Source of the DNA: Candidatus Kapaibacterium sp.
GTDB taxonomy: Bacteria; Bacteroidota; Ignavibacteria; Kapaibacteriales; UBA2268
Length of the DNA stretch: 64,000 nucleotides
NCBI GenBank assembly: GCA_963665665.1
Contig: OY762428.1
Coordinates: 672,001 to 736,000, forward strand
Direction: 5' to 3'
Shown here: one piece after another, positions 1-10,970 of the stretch
How the letters are laid out: every line of letters starts with the position of its first letter
Position numbering within the stretch: the stretch's first letter is position 1
The notes under the pieces: generated by a model
Databases searched by the model: none
What the model was told of the DNA's origin: nothing
The model's input: the letters and a program-made list of their open reading frames with translations, nothing else
Position numbers and translations under genes: made by a program

Positions 1-3000
1 AGTCAGGATCGTTCCATTCAAAGCTGATTATTTTTAAATCACATTTACGAATATCAGAAAGGAGCAGACTGCCTATAAGTTCGGCTATTACCTGTTCACC
101 CATACCAACACAAAGATTGTTGCCTGTGAAAGATATAATCCTATCTCTGCCAAGTCTTTCGTCGCTTACTATCGTTGCGTTTTCGATAGCCTCAAGATGA
201 TAAAGAAATGCATCAAAGCTGATCACGGCAGTAAAAGACAAGCCTTCAAGTATTTCATTTGAATTTGATTTCAGATATAGCGGTATCCGAAAATTCATAT
301 CGCCAATAACTCCGATTGTATCGTGGAATGAAATCAGAATATCCTGCTTTACAACACCGACAGTTTTTATTGTGTCCCGGTATTCGCAGTCAGGCCCTGA
401 GAATTTAATAAATATCTCATCGTTATATGTTCCGGCAAAAGCTGAGAATAGTGATATGTCAATGGTTTTTGAACTACCGGGCAAAATTGTTTCGCCAGTC
501 AAATCAGGAGATATTAAAAATCCTGTGCCATCTTTCAAGTATATCTCTTCGATTGTGATATTATTCATGCCGGTATTTTCAATTACTATCTGACTATTGC
601 CGGTTTCATTGATTTCGGATAAAAGGCTTACCGATTTCGGGATATTATATTCAATTGTAATCTTTTCGCCAGTCAGGTCTGTGATAAATTCCTGCTCTGA
701 ATTATCAACAAGCAGTTTGTTTTTTACAATGGCAGATTTCATCCCGATTTCTACATTTCCAGGTGAAAAAATTATTTTTTCAATAAATGAACTATCCGGA
801 TCAATTTTGATATTTTCATAGATTTCTGCAAAAGTAAAAAGCTCTTTGTCCGGGCCGCTTATCCCGCCTGAAATCAGGGTAACAGGCAGATTTCCGGTAT
901 TTTTAATCTCAATATCCATTGTTTGGGTTTTGCAGAATTCTGCCTTGCCAAAATTGCAAAGCGAAGTGAGTTCCAACGAAGATTTAATACCAGAGGCATC
1001 AATATTGAATTGTACTGTGTCCGGACATGGTGCTTCTACTATTATTCTCGGAGAAATAGTATGGGCTTTGGCTTCATCAAGATTTATTTTTACTTCTATC
1101 TCGAAATCCTGGCCAGCAGGAATTATAAATGATTGTGGCTGAATATCAATCCAGTCCCCGTTCTCTTCAATAGCTGAAATTTTTATGTCAAAACTGTTGT
1201 TATTGACAAGAATACACTTAAGCGTGGAATCAGTATTTATGGCAATATCACCAAAGTGAATATCACTAACTGAAAGATTTACAGATTCGGATTCACCTGT
1301 CAGGCTTGAAGAAACAAATTCAATATCGGTATTGTCGGTCTTTATTCTCAACTCACCGGTTTTCAGGCCGTCCGGAGGGGTTGGATTAAAACTGATAATG
1401 TATCTGGCTGTATCAAGCAAATCTAACCTTGTGCCGGCGGCTACTCCGTCAATCAAACTAAAATCGCTGTTATTGGTTAGTACTCCTTCACTGAGAAGAG
1501 TTATAACTTTACTCGCGTAATTTACAATAAGAATCGTATCGATTGTAGTTTTGCAGGAAGCAATCATTCCGAAATCTATATCATTTGCTTTCAAATCGTA
1601 TTTAAGCCCCGAAACATGGAGATTTACAAAGCCCGTGGCCGGACATGCACCTTCCGTCTTAAGTGTTTCAACTGAAAGCGTATCAAAATATTCTTCTTCT
1701 TCGCTAAGATTAAGTGTTATTGTTACTGCAATACTGTCGCCGGGATGCAGCAAAGCGGGAATTTCGGGAATAGTTTCTTTAAGTACGAATGGGGTATCAA
1801 AATCAGTCAGGCTGTTAATGTAGATATCAGTTTCGCCGGAATTGTAAATAGTAAAATCCATTTCCGGTTTTTGTCCGGTTTTAACATAGTCAAAATCAAT
1901 ATCATTGCTGACTGTCATTTTTGATTCAACAACCTCCGCTATTATCATCAGAGAGTCGATTATTGTTTCATCCTGCTCGCAAATAATATACATCATTGTT
2001 TCAATTAAGCCTGGCGAATCGGGTATCAATGAAATATTTAGCCCGAGAGTATCATTCCAATGAAGAGTATTTCCGCGAAGATATTCAGCGCTGAATTGTT
2101 CCGAATCTTCAAAATCAGGATCATTCAGCTTAATATCATAATCCGAGTAATTTCTGATTGTAATAAATTTTGTTCCTGTTTCACCGAGGCATAATCTTCC
2201 CATATTAAGTGTATCTATCGGATTAGAGCCGCTACTGTCGGAAATATCATAGGCTATTTCATTAACAAGGAATTTGGCAGTAAACGGAGGATAATAAAAT
2301 TTCCGGTTATTTGAATCTTTCCACCTGTATCCCGAAACATAAATTATATTTGGAGCGCAAAATTGTATTTGGCTGTAAATTTCATTATATGGCAATGTAT
2401 CGACATAGGCCCATTTTTCATTTCCGTCTTTATCCAATTTCAATATAAAAGACATATCATATTCTTTACCGCTAATATCGGAATCAATGAAACCGCATGT
2501 ATAGCTTGAATTTCTTTCATCAAAACAAATCTGATCGTCCTTTCTGTTCCATCTGAATAAATTCGAGGAATGCCCGGGCTTGTATTCCGAATTCAAATTA
2601 TATTCAAAAATTTGATCGCAATTATTTGAAAATTTCTTCAAACTTTCAGAAGGATATTGAAATGTGAAATAATACAAATCATCATCATTGTCCGAAAAGA
2701 TTGTAGCCGGAAAATCGGGTAATGTTTTTGCAGAAATGTGATCGCCGTTTTCGCCCGAATATTTTATTACTTCAAAATCACCGTTCTTTTTTTTACAATA
2801 AAGCAAACAGTCGTCGTCGGAATTAATACCGAGTTGCACTTGCTCGAATAAAAAGTTTTCGAGATAAATTTCCCATTGCAACGAACCGTTGTTATTATAC
2901 TTAGTAATGTATAAATCATTGCTTTCGTAACTTAGTTTATTTATCAGAAAAAAATTCCCTATACTGTCGAAAACAATAAAATCATTTTTAAAATTTATGT

Positions 3001-3427
3001 AAGCGAATTCATCCTGTATAGGAACCTGCCATAAATATTCACCTTCCGAATTGAATTTAAACAGAGTATCAAATTTGAAAATGAATATATTGTCGAATGG
3101 ATCAGCTTCAATATCCCATTCCGGGTAATCTGAGCTTCCGGGTTCAAAACTCCACCGGTTAGTCCATTTTTTTCTCCATAATTCATTTCCGTTTTTGTCC
3201 AATTTGAGCAATCGGAGCGTAAATTCACTTGGATGCATTACATGATCAAGAACTTCAATTTTATACAGGCAGGCCTTAGAATCAGTGCATACATCAGTTT
3301 TGTAAGCATTGAAAAGAACCTCGGTATCAACTTCCCATTCTTTCGTTATCAAACGCCTTGCATCAGGCTGTGAATAAAGATTATTTAACGATAATATAAA
3401 AAAAAGGCAGAAAATGATAGGGCGCAT
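1..3427 (-). CDS. Large secreted protein with Ig-like (choice-of-anchor D/ASH-type) repeats; 3' end lies beyond the left edge
   Basis: Absent from the ORF track because it has no stop in the window. ATG at 3427 gives MRPIIFCLFFILSLNNLYSQ (signal peptide); same frame still open at the edge (SDIRKCDLKIISFEWNDPD). I read both ends and spot motifs (IDFDYV, IHFGDI, DFGKAEF), not every codon. Confidence 0.7.
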   Translation of the reverse strand, partial: MRPIIFCLFFILSLNNLYSQPDARRLITKEWEVDTEVLFNAYKTDVCTDSKACLYKIEVLDHVMHPSEFTLRLLKLDKNGNELWRKKWTNRWSFEPGSSDYPEWDIEADPFDNIFIFKFDTLFKFNSEGEYLWQVPIQDEFAYINFKNDFIVFDSIGNFFLINKLSYESNDLYITKYNNNGSLQWEIYLENFLFEQVQLGINSDDDCLLYCKKKNGDFEVIKYSGENGDHISAKTLPDFPATIFSDNDDDLYYFTFQYPSESLKKFSNNCDQIFEYNLNSEYKPGHSSNLFRWNRKDDQICFDERNSSYTCGFIDSDISGKEYDMSFILKLDKDGNEKWAYVDTLPYNEIYSQIQFCAPNIIYVSGYRWKDSNNRKFYYPPFTAKFLVNEIAYDISDSSGSNPIDTLNMGRLCLGETGTKFITIRNYSDYDIKLNDPDFEDSEQFSAEYLRGNTLHWNDTLGLNISLIPDSPGLIETMMYIICEQDETIIDSLMIIAEVVESKMTVSNDIDFDYVKTGQKPEMDFTIYNSGETDIYINSLTDFDTPFVLKETIPEIPALLHPGDSIAVTITLNLSEEEEYFDTLSVETLKTEGACPATGFVNLHVSGLKYDLKANDIDFGMIASCKTTIDTILIVNYASKVITLLSEGVLTNNSDFSLIDGVAAGTRLDLLDTARYIISFNPTPPDGLKTGELRIKTDNTDIEFVSSSLTGESESVNLSVSDIHFGDIAINTDSTLKCILVNNNSFDIKISAIEENGDWIDIQPQSFIIPAGQDFEIEVKINLDEAKAHTISPRIIVEAPCPDTVQFNIDASGIKSSLELTSLCNFGKAEFCKTQTMDIEIKNTGNLPVTLISGGISGPDKELFTFAEIYENIKIDPDSSFIEKIIFSPGNVEIGMKSAIVKNKLLVDNSEQEFITDLTGEKITIEYNIPKSVSLLSEINETGNSQIVIENTGMNNITIEEIYLKDGTGFLISPDLTGETILPGSSKTIDISLFSAFAGTYNDEIFIKFSGPDCEYRDTIKTVGVVKQDILISFHDTIGVIGDMNFRIPLYLKSNSNEILEGLSFTAVISFDAFLYHLEAIENATIVSDERLGRDRIISFTGNNLCVGMGEQVIAELIGSLLLSDIRKCDLKIISFEWNDPD

Positions 3428-4008
3428 GGTGTTTCCTCATAAAAAATCACAATCAATAGTTTTTCGAAATAATCTATGGAACAGTTTGATAACTGAATCT
3501 TTTTACAACATAATTCAACTGATTTACACACAATTCCTGAATATTTCAGTAATAATAACAGGAGAAAAGGAGTTTTGTTTCAAGAAAAACAATTTTTTTT
3601 TAATTATAATATTTTGATCATTTTTTGCATTTTATTTACAAGTTATTGAAAGAAAACACCTTGCTGAACGACAAAAACACACAACGATTACAGATGGTGA
3701 AATATTCTTGGTTTTTCGCATTTTTTTTCTTTGAAATTCAATCAATTTTTTTATATTTTTCGTTAGAACCTGAACTGACACTTTGATTATATCAGGATTA
3801 ATAAAAAACGGAAAATCAGGTTTAACCCAACCGGAAGAATATATAAGACAGAATATTTTGAAAGAATAAATTTATTGATTTATGATTCGGGGATCATATT
3901 TTTCAATACATAAACTGTAATTAAATATGCTTATAATTTCAAATTTCTATTTTTATTTAATCCCTTTTTGTAAAAACCAAATTTTCAACTTTTCACGAAA
4001 GGTTACCG

Positions 4009-5280
4009 ATGAAACTCAAAGAAAAACTTGCACAAAAATTTGAAGCGGAAAAAGCTGACATCGCTGCGTTCGTTAAGGAAAAAGGCGACAAAGAAGTATC
4101 AAAAGTAACTCTGGCACAGGCTTATGGCGGTTTGCGCGGAGTAAAAGGACTTGTTTGCGATACATCTGAAGTTCCGCCGGACAAAGGCCTAATTATTCGC
4201 GGTATTCCGCTGGCAGACCTGTTCGACAAACTTCCGGAAGAAATTTTCTATCTTCTTCTAACAGGAGACCTCCCCAACGATGAAGAATTGAAAGAGCTTC
4301 AGGACGAACTGAAAGCACGCGAAAATGTACCCGAATATGTATGGAATGTTCTCGATTCAATGCCGGCAGATTCACACCCTATGGCAATGTTCAATACCGG
4401 TATCCTCGTTATGCAGCACGAATCAGAATTTGCAAAAAAATATGCTGAAGGCATGGCAAAACCTGATTACTGGCATCCCACATTTGAAGATGCTCTCAAT
4501 CTGATTGCAAAACTTCCGGCAATTGCAGCTTATGTTTATCGCAAACGCTTCAATAAAGGCCCGAGGATCGAAACAGATAAAAACGCTGACTGGGGCAAGA
4601 ACTATGTTCACATGCTTGGCCTTGGCGACCCGAATGGCGAATTCACTAAACTGATGAGATTATACCTTACTCTCCATTGCGATCACGAAGGTGGTAACGT
4701 GAGCGCCTATTCAGCAGCTACAATCAATTCAGCTCTTTCAGATCTCTATTATTCAGTATCAGGCGGCCTGAACGGACTTGCAGGCCCTCTTCACGGCCTT
4801 GCAAACCAGGAATGCCTGAAATGGGTACTCGAAACAATGGATAAATTCGGTGGCTCACCGACTAAAGAAGAACTCGAAAAATTCACATGGGATACTCTCA
4901 ATGCCGGTAAAGTTGTTCCTGGCTACGGGCATGCCGTGCTCAGGGTTACTGACCCGCGCTTCACGGCCTTTATTGGCTTCGGCAGGGAAAATTGCATGGA
5001 TGATCCCGTTGTTCAGACAGTTTCAAGAGTATTTGAAGTTGTTCCTGAAGTTCTCAAACAGATCAAGAAAATCAAGAATCCATGGCCAAATGTTGACGCA
5101 GGTTCAGGCGCTCTTCTTTATCACTATGGCCTTAAAGAATTCAGCTATTACACAGTACTCTTCAGCGTATCCCGTACTCTTGGTATTGCTTCACAGGCAA
5201 TCGTGGCACGTGCAATGGGCTATGCTATTACAAGGCCGAAATCACTGCCTACAGGTAAATTTAAAGAAATGGTAGGCTGA
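4009..5280 (+). CDS. gltA: Citrate synthase, eukaryote-like type
   Basis: HCDHEGGNVS, GLAGPLHGLANQ, PGYGHAVLR and WPNVDA motifs. Confidence 0.95.
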   Translation: MKLKEKLAQKFEAEKADIAAFVKEKGDKEVSKVTLAQAYGGLRGVKGLVCDTSEVPPDKGLIIRGIPLADLFDKLPEEIFYLLLTGDLPNDEELKELQDELKARENVPEYVWNVLDSMPADSHPMAMFNTGILVMQHESEFAKKYAEGMAKPDYWHPTFEDALNLIAKLPAIAAYVYRKRFNKGPRIETDKNADWGKNYVHMLGLGDPNGEFTKLMRLYLTLHCDHEGGNVSAYSAATINSALSDLYYSVSGGLNGLAGPLHGLANQECLKWVLETMDKFGGSPTKEELEKFTWDTLNAGKVVPGYGHAVLRVTDPRFTAFIGFGRENCMDDPVVQTVSRVFEVVPEVLKQIKKIKNPWPNVDAGSGALLYHYGLKEFSYYTVLFSVSRTLGIASQAIVARAMGYAITRPKSLPTGKFKEMVG

Positions 5281-5401
5281 TTTCTCAATATGATCTATTA
5301 ATCTTAGATTGAATATTCCTATATGCCGGCATGAGTATTTTTTACAAATTACAATTGCCGGCTTTATAAACCCAAGTTTTTGAAAATATTTGGAGTAATA
5401 A

Positions 5402-6337
5402 ATGAAAATAACAGTTATCGGCGCAGGAAATGTTGGCGCTACAACTGCTCAGCTTCTTGCCAATGACGAACTGGCAAAAGAAATATACGTAGTTGATATT
5501 CTTGACGGTATTCCCGAAGGTAAAGCACTTGATATGTACGAATCAATGCCAATCAGGGAATCAGATTCAACTATCTTCGGTACCAGTAATTATGAGCTTA
5601 CTAAAGATTCAGATATAGTTATCCAGACAGCCGGCCTTGCCAGAAAACCAGGTATGAGCCGCGATGACCTTCTGGTAAAAAATGCTCAGATCGTTTCTTC
5701 ATGCGTTGAGAATGCCTACAAGTATTCACCTAATGCATACTTTATTGTTGTATCCAACCCTCTGGATGTGATGACTTATGTAGCCCTGAAAAAAACAGGC
5801 CTGCCGAGAGAAAGAGTATTCGGTATGGCAGGTATTCTTGATACAGCACGCTACCGTTCATTCATTTCGATGGAACTCGGCGTTTCAATGCAGGATATTC
5901 AGGCATTGATACTTGGCGGACACGGCGACACAATGGTTCCGCTGCCAAGGTTCACAACAGTAGCAGGTATGCCTGTTACAGACCTTATCGACAAAGAAAA
6001 ACTCGATGCTATCGTTGCCCGTACAGCCGGCGGCGGCGGCGAGATTGTTAAATATCTGAAAACAGGTTCTGCATACTATGCTCCTGCATCGGCAGCAGTT
6101 CAGATGGTTGAATCCATGGTTAAAGACCAGAAGAGGATTCTCCCCTGCTCGGTACTTCTACAGGGCGAATACGGATATAACGACCTCGTACTTGGCGTTC
6201 CTGCAATGCTTGGTAAAGATGGTATGGAAAAAGTGTTTGAACTGAATTTGAACGACGAAGAAAAAGCTCTTCTCGACAAATCTGCACAGCACGTTGTTAA
6301 AACAAATAAAGAAGCTATGGATTTGATTAATAAATAA
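5402..6337 (+). CDS. mdh: Malate dehydrogenase (LDH-like)
   Basis: GAGNVG Rossmann motif, ARKPGMSRDDL, LGGHGD. Confidence 0.95.
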   Translation: MKITVIGAGNVGATTAQLLANDELAKEIYVVDILDGIPEGKALDMYESMPIRESDSTIFGTSNYELTKDSDIVIQTAGLARKPGMSRDDLLVKNAQIVSSCVENAYKYSPNAYFIVVSNPLDVMTYVALKKTGLPRERVFGMAGILDTARYRSFISMELGVSMQDIQALILGGHGDTMVPLPRFTTVAGMPVTDLIDKEKLDAIVARTAGGGGEIVKYLKTGSAYYAPASAAVQMVESMVKDQKRILPCSVLLQGEYGYNDLVLGVPAMLGKDGMEKVFELNLNDEEKALLDKSAQHVVKTNKEAMDLINK

Positions 6338-6369
6338 TCCTGAAAAACTCCTTAATGATAGAGCCCCGT

Positions 6370-7632
6370 TCAACGATTTTGTTGTCGGGGCTTGATTTTT
6401 GCGGTAAATACAGCATATAGTATCATTAGGATAAATTCGCCACCTGTATATACAAAAGCCGCCCCTGTTGCACCATAAACAGGAACAATTATCAGAGCTG
6501 CAACCAATATCAGGCTTGATGAGATTATCATCGATGGTATGATGGAATTTTCCCTTTTATTTGCCAGCAGATAGGATTCAAGAGTAAGGCTTATCATAAC
6601 AGGTATAAATGACCAGGAAAGTATTCTCAGAACGGGTATTGCCGACTCGAACCTGAATGTAAGCATCATAAAAGGCTCGGCAAGCAAGGTTAAAATCAAA
6701 CTTACTGCCAAACCAATCAACAATGAAATCAGAACTGACAATAATAATCTGAAATCTCCCTCACCCTGTTTTCTCGACGAAAATTCCGGCAACAGTGTAT
6801 TCAAAATGGCTCCGGGAATTATCCTCAGGAAAGTAATGAACCTTTGTGCCGCAGAATATTCACCGAGAATCGATTTTGTTCCTGCCCATCCAACGGCGAG
6901 CATTGCTGATCTGAATTGCCATACACTTAAAAAGTTAACGCTTATCAACGGCAGCTGTGATTTGAATGATTTCCTTATTTTTATCAAAGAAGCAGTAGAT
7001 AGCGCAAATCTCCAATTTCGAATATATAATGGAATAGATATTCCTGTTGATTTCTCAAGATAATTCCAAAACATGATTGACTTTAGTATTTCTATACATG
7101 GAAAAAAAATGAAGATAGAAAACATCTCCGGCTTGCCAAAATAAAGAAGTGTAATAAGTATAGCATACATCATCATATTCAGGCCGGCATCAATTTTTGC
7201 AATTATCCCCATACGCCCGAGGCCGCGTAAAACTGATTTATATGTTGATCCCATTGATAAGGGAATTACATAAATTAAAAGAATAATATAATCAAACCCT
7301 CCAATAGATAAATATCCGAAAACGGCAAATGGTACGAATGAAATCAGCCATATCGAATTTTTTACTAACTGTGCTTCCTCTATAAGATTGTATACATTTT
7401 CGTGGTTTTCGGCTGTCTCCCTCGGTATCCTCAGGTCATACCCGGATTCAGTAATCGTCCTTAACATGGTTGCCATTACAAATGAAAGCGAATAAACCCC
7501 AAAAAATTCCTTGCCGTAAAGCCTGCCAAGAATTATCGAGAAAACAACCGATAATATCAAACCGGCAGAATCGGCTGTCAGCAATGCTCCGGCAGATTTA
7601 AACAGCTTAAGGATAAATTCTTTTTTTGACAT
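6370..7632 (-). CDS. Polysaccharide flippase / MOP-family exporter (Wzx-like)
   Basis: Multi-pass hydrophobic protein with GRLYGKEFFGVYS, GEYSAAQR and PVYGATGAA motifs. Confidence 0.7.
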   Translation of the reverse strand: MSKKEFILKLFKSAGALLTADSAGLILSVVFSIILGRLYGKEFFGVYSLSFVMATMLRTITESGYDLRIPRETAENHENVYNLIEEAQLVKNSIWLISFVPFAVFGYLSIGGFDYIILLIYVIPLSMGSTYKSVLRGLGRMGIIAKIDAGLNMMMYAILITLLYFGKPEMFSIFIFFPCIEILKSIMFWNYLEKSTGISIPLYIRNWRFALSTASLIKIRKSFKSQLPLISVNFLSVWQFRSAMLAVGWAGTKSILGEYSAAQRFITFLRIIPGAILNTLLPEFSSRKQGEGDFRLLLSVLISLLIGLAVSLILTLLAEPFMMLTFRFESAIPVLRILSWSFIPVMISLTLESYLLANKRENSIIPSMIISSSLILVAALIIVPVYGATGAAFVYTGGEFILMILYAVFTAKIKPRQQNR

Positions 7633-7847
7633 AATTTATAACGACAATTCTATGAGAATAAAACAGAACAACGATATACTAAATCAGCTCCGGCAAGTTA
7701 CTAAGGCAATTTTACATTACAAAGAAAAACATCGGAAATCGTCAAATTTGTCAGAAAATGAAACGTTACAACTAAAAATGTGTAACTAAAACACAATTTG
7801 ACTTGTTATCTAAATGTGCTTAAAAATGAAATTGAATCAGGAATAGA

Positions 7848-10718
7848 ATGATAAAAAAATTATTTCCAATAATAATACTAACAATTGCGGCAATTTTATC
7901 AGTTGCTGAAAGTATTGCCGGAACAGTTATTATCAAGATAGATATTGAATCAGAACTATTTAGTAAATGGCAAAGCGCCGGAAAAAATTATAATTTTCCT
8001 GAGTTTTCGGGATTGATAGATCAGGTTAGTTCCAAACCATTGATTAGAGAAAAATTATTAGAAAAAGCATCTGAAAAATTATATGGATCATCGAATCTGA
8101 AATCCGGTTCGATGAGAAATATTAATTCCTTATCTGGCCTTTGCGTAATTAACTACAAGGAAGGGCCGGCAGAAGAAATTTCAGCTTCCAAACTCAGATC
8201 ACACCCTGATATTATTTACGCCGAGCCGTTCCCCCGAAGAAACTTTTCATTTATCCCGAATGATCCATATATTGACTTTCAGCCTTATCTTGATTCAATC
8301 CGGGCTTACAAGGCATGGGACGAAATTGATGCTGGTTCTGAAATATTAATTGGTATCGTCGATACAGGCATTGATTTTGATCATGTTGAATTAAAAAATA
8401 GAATATATAATAATCCCGGTGAAACCGGCGAAGACAAAGACGGCAACGATAAAAGAACAAACGGTATTGATGATGATGAAAATGGTTTTATTGATGATTG
8501 GCGAGGTTGGGACTTTGCCGGTGCCGACGGAAACACACAGGATAATGATCCATACCCGGGGAACCCTCACGGCACACATGTTGCCGGAATCTCGGCTGCC
8601 GAGGTAAATAACGAAACCGGTATTGCAGGCGTTTCGCCCTATGCTAAATTATTACCTGTTAAAGTGGGACTTGATTTTTCTTTCGGCACATCAGTCTATA
8701 ATGCTTTCGAAGGCCTGCTTTACGCTGCTGTAGTCGGATCAGATATAATCAATTGTTCATGGGGCGGGGAAAACAGCTCGGAAGCTGAAGCAGAGATTGT
8801 GGCTCTTGCAATTGACATGGGCTCTGTTATTGTTGCTGCTGCCGGTAATGACGGCGATAATATCAACAACTATCCGGCTGCATATAAAGATGTTATTTCG
8901 GTTGCATCACTTGATGGTGATAACAAAAAATCATCATTTTCCAACTATTCTTATGATGTTGACATTTCAACCTATGGCAGATATATTTATTCTACTGTTC
9001 CAAATGACGAGTATGATTACATGGACGGTACATCCATGGCTTCGCCTGTTCTTGCAGGAATAGCTGCGCTTGTTAAAGCAAAGTTCCCTGATTATTCACC
9101 AGTCCAGATAGGTGAACAAATCAAAGCAACCGCAGATGATATTTATTATATAAACGACTATTACAAAGAATTTCTCGGTAAGGGAAAGGCTAATGCATAC
9201 AGGGCTGTTACGGAAACTGCTACAAAATCAGTTATAATATCTGATTACAAACTGATTGATGACAACGGGGACGGAATAATTGAAGAAGGTGAAAAAGTAA
9301 CTCTTGACCTGATAATACACAATGTTCTTGCAGGAACAGACAGTATCGGAATATCAATATCTCCCGAAAGTTTTTATCAACCATATTTTACTGAAGATGA
9401 AATTTATATCGGCAGTATGAATCCCTCGGAGATAAAAACTATTCCTGCCGCCTTTGAGTTCACTGTCCCTGATAAAATTCCTTATGATTACATGATGAAA
9501 TTTAAAATTATTGTTGGCAGCGGTACAAAACGTTATGACCTGGAACTGCTTACCATGACTGTTAAGCCGTCATACCGGACTTTTGACAACAACAATTTGT
9601 CTGTAACAATAAACAGCGCCGGTAACATAGCATACAATGACTACCCGGATAATCTCCAGGGAAACGGATTCAGGCTCAGGAACAGCTCGGATTTGCTTTA
9701 TGAAGGAGCCCTAATGGTCGGAGTCTCGCCGGAACGTGTATCCAACGGGGCAAGGGGTGAAGATCAGCTTGAAAAAGTCTATGATTTTGTTATAGACAGT
9801 GTTATCTCTGAAAAATATTCACCTGACTTCAATGCCTGGATTGGAATCACTGAATTCTCGGATATGAACGATGAAAATGATGCCGGTATAAAGGTTCTTC
9901 AGAAAGTTTTCCAAAGCGTGAACAAAGCAGACAGTAATTTTATAATTTTAACTTATGATATAATAAATACTTCCGGATTTCCTTTTGATTCTTTATATGC
10001 CGGGTTATTCTTCGACTGGGATATAGGAACATCAGGCTCGAATAACAGGGTATCTTATGATATTTATCGCGGTTTCGGTTATTGTAAGAATCTTGCAGTT
10101 GATTCGCTGCCGATAACAGGTGCAAAACTATTAACCCAGCAACCTCTGAATTACTTTGCGATGGATAATGACGGGAACGGCGGAACTAATCCGGGAATAT
10201 GGGATGGTTTTACAACAACTGAAAAATGGAATGTAATGTCCGGTGGCATGGCACGCCTTGCATCCGGAATCACGGATGTATCTATGGTTATAAGTGCCGG
10301 CCCGGTAAACATGAGGGCAGACGATACGGTAAGAGTCAGTTTTGCCGTGCTTGCAGGTAAAGATGCGGATGAAATTGTAAATGCACTTGAAGCAGCTAAA
10401 GCATTTGCTGCCGAACATGATCTGGACAGGAATATATACTCCTCTCCCCCGTCTGTGGATTCTTTGATATCAATTTATCCGAATCCCTCGCCCGGCGATA
10501 TAATACGGGCAAAGTTCGGCCTTGCGAATTCATCGGAAGTAAGTATTGAGATTTTTGATATGGCAGGAGCTATTGTTAAGGAAGTGTTAAAGAAAAACTT
10601 CCCCCCGGATATTCATACTATTGATATTGACCTTAACGATCTGCCTGTTGGCGCCTATTGGATAAGAATAAAAACTGAATCAGAAGAACTGGCAGAAAAA
10701 ATCATCATTAACAGATAA
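7848..10718 (+). CDS. S8 subtilisin-like serine protease with T9SS C-terminal sorting domain
   Basis: Triad motifs VDTG, HGTHVAG, GTSMASP; signal peptide; C-terminal IYPNP...GAYWIRI...KIIINR. Confidence 0.92.
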   Translation: MIKKLFPIIILTIAAILSVAESIAGTVIIKIDIESELFSKWQSAGKNYNFPEFSGLIDQVSSKPLIREKLLEKASEKLYGSSNLKSGSMRNINSLSGLCVINYKEGPAEEISASKLRSHPDIIYAEPFPRRNFSFIPNDPYIDFQPYLDSIRAYKAWDEIDAGSEILIGIVDTGIDFDHVELKNRIYNNPGETGEDKDGNDKRTNGIDDDENGFIDDWRGWDFAGADGNTQDNDPYPGNPHGTHVAGISAAEVNNETGIAGVSPYAKLLPVKVGLDFSFGTSVYNAFEGLLYAAVVGSDIINCSWGGENSSEAEAEIVALAIDMGSVIVAAAGNDGDNINNYPAAYKDVISVASLDGDNKKSSFSNYSYDVDISTYGRYIYSTVPNDEYDYMDGTSMASPVLAGIAALVKAKFPDYSPVQIGEQIKATADDIYYINDYYKEFLGKGKANAYRAVTETATKSVIISDYKLIDDNGDGIIEEGEKVTLDLIIHNVLAGTDSIGISISPESFYQPYFTEDEIYIGSMNPSEIKTIPAAFEFTVPDKIPYDYMMKFKIIVGSGTKRYDLELLTMTVKPSYRTFDNNNLSVTINSAGNIAYNDYPDNLQGNGFRLRNSSDLLYEGALMVGVSPERVSNGARGEDQLEKVYDFVIDSVISEKYSPDFNAWIGITEFSDMNDENDAGIKVLQKVFQSVNKADSNFIILTYDIINTSGFPFDSLYAGLFFDWDIGTSGSNNRVSYDIYRGFGYCKNLAVDSLPITGAKLLTQQPLNYFAMDNDGNGGTNPGIWDGFTTTEKWNVMSGGMARLASGITDVSMVISAGPVNMRADDTVRVSFAVLAGKDADEIVNALEAAKAFAAEHDLDRNIYSSPPSVDSLISIYPNPSPGDIIRAKFGLANSSEVSIEIFDMAGAIVKEVLKKNFPPDIHTIDIDLNDLPVGAYWIRIKTESEELAEKIIINR

Positions 10719-10769
10719 TTTTGAAAATAATTAATACACCTGAATATTAAGGTTAGATTTTATTAATCA

Positions 10770-10970
10770 ATGAAGATTTCAAAAATGGACAGATACCTTG
10801 AATTATCCGAATTGATAAAGAAATATGAGAAGGATTTTAACAAGTTTTATAACAAAGGCAACAAGACTGCCGGTATAAGGCTTAGAAAGCACATGCAGGA
10901 ACTTCGCACATGGGCCAAGATGGTCAGGTTTGAAGTGCAGAACCTGAATAAGGAAAGAACCAAAGATTAA
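10770..10970 (+). CDS. Small basic histone H1-like (Hc1-family) protein; start may be 10785
   Basis: KFYNKGNKTAGIRLRKHMQEL motif typical of this family. Confidence 0.75.
   Translation: MKISKMDRYLELSELIKKYEKDFNKFYNKGNKTAGIRLRKHMQELRTWAKMVRFEVQNLNKERTKD

Noticed and set aside
372-1823. Short plus-strand ORFs
   Set aside because: Antisense to the long minus-strand gene.
3600-4000. Riboswitch or ncRNA upstream of gltA
   Set aside because: AT-rich promoter-like sequence with one weak inverted repeat and no recognisable RNA motif.
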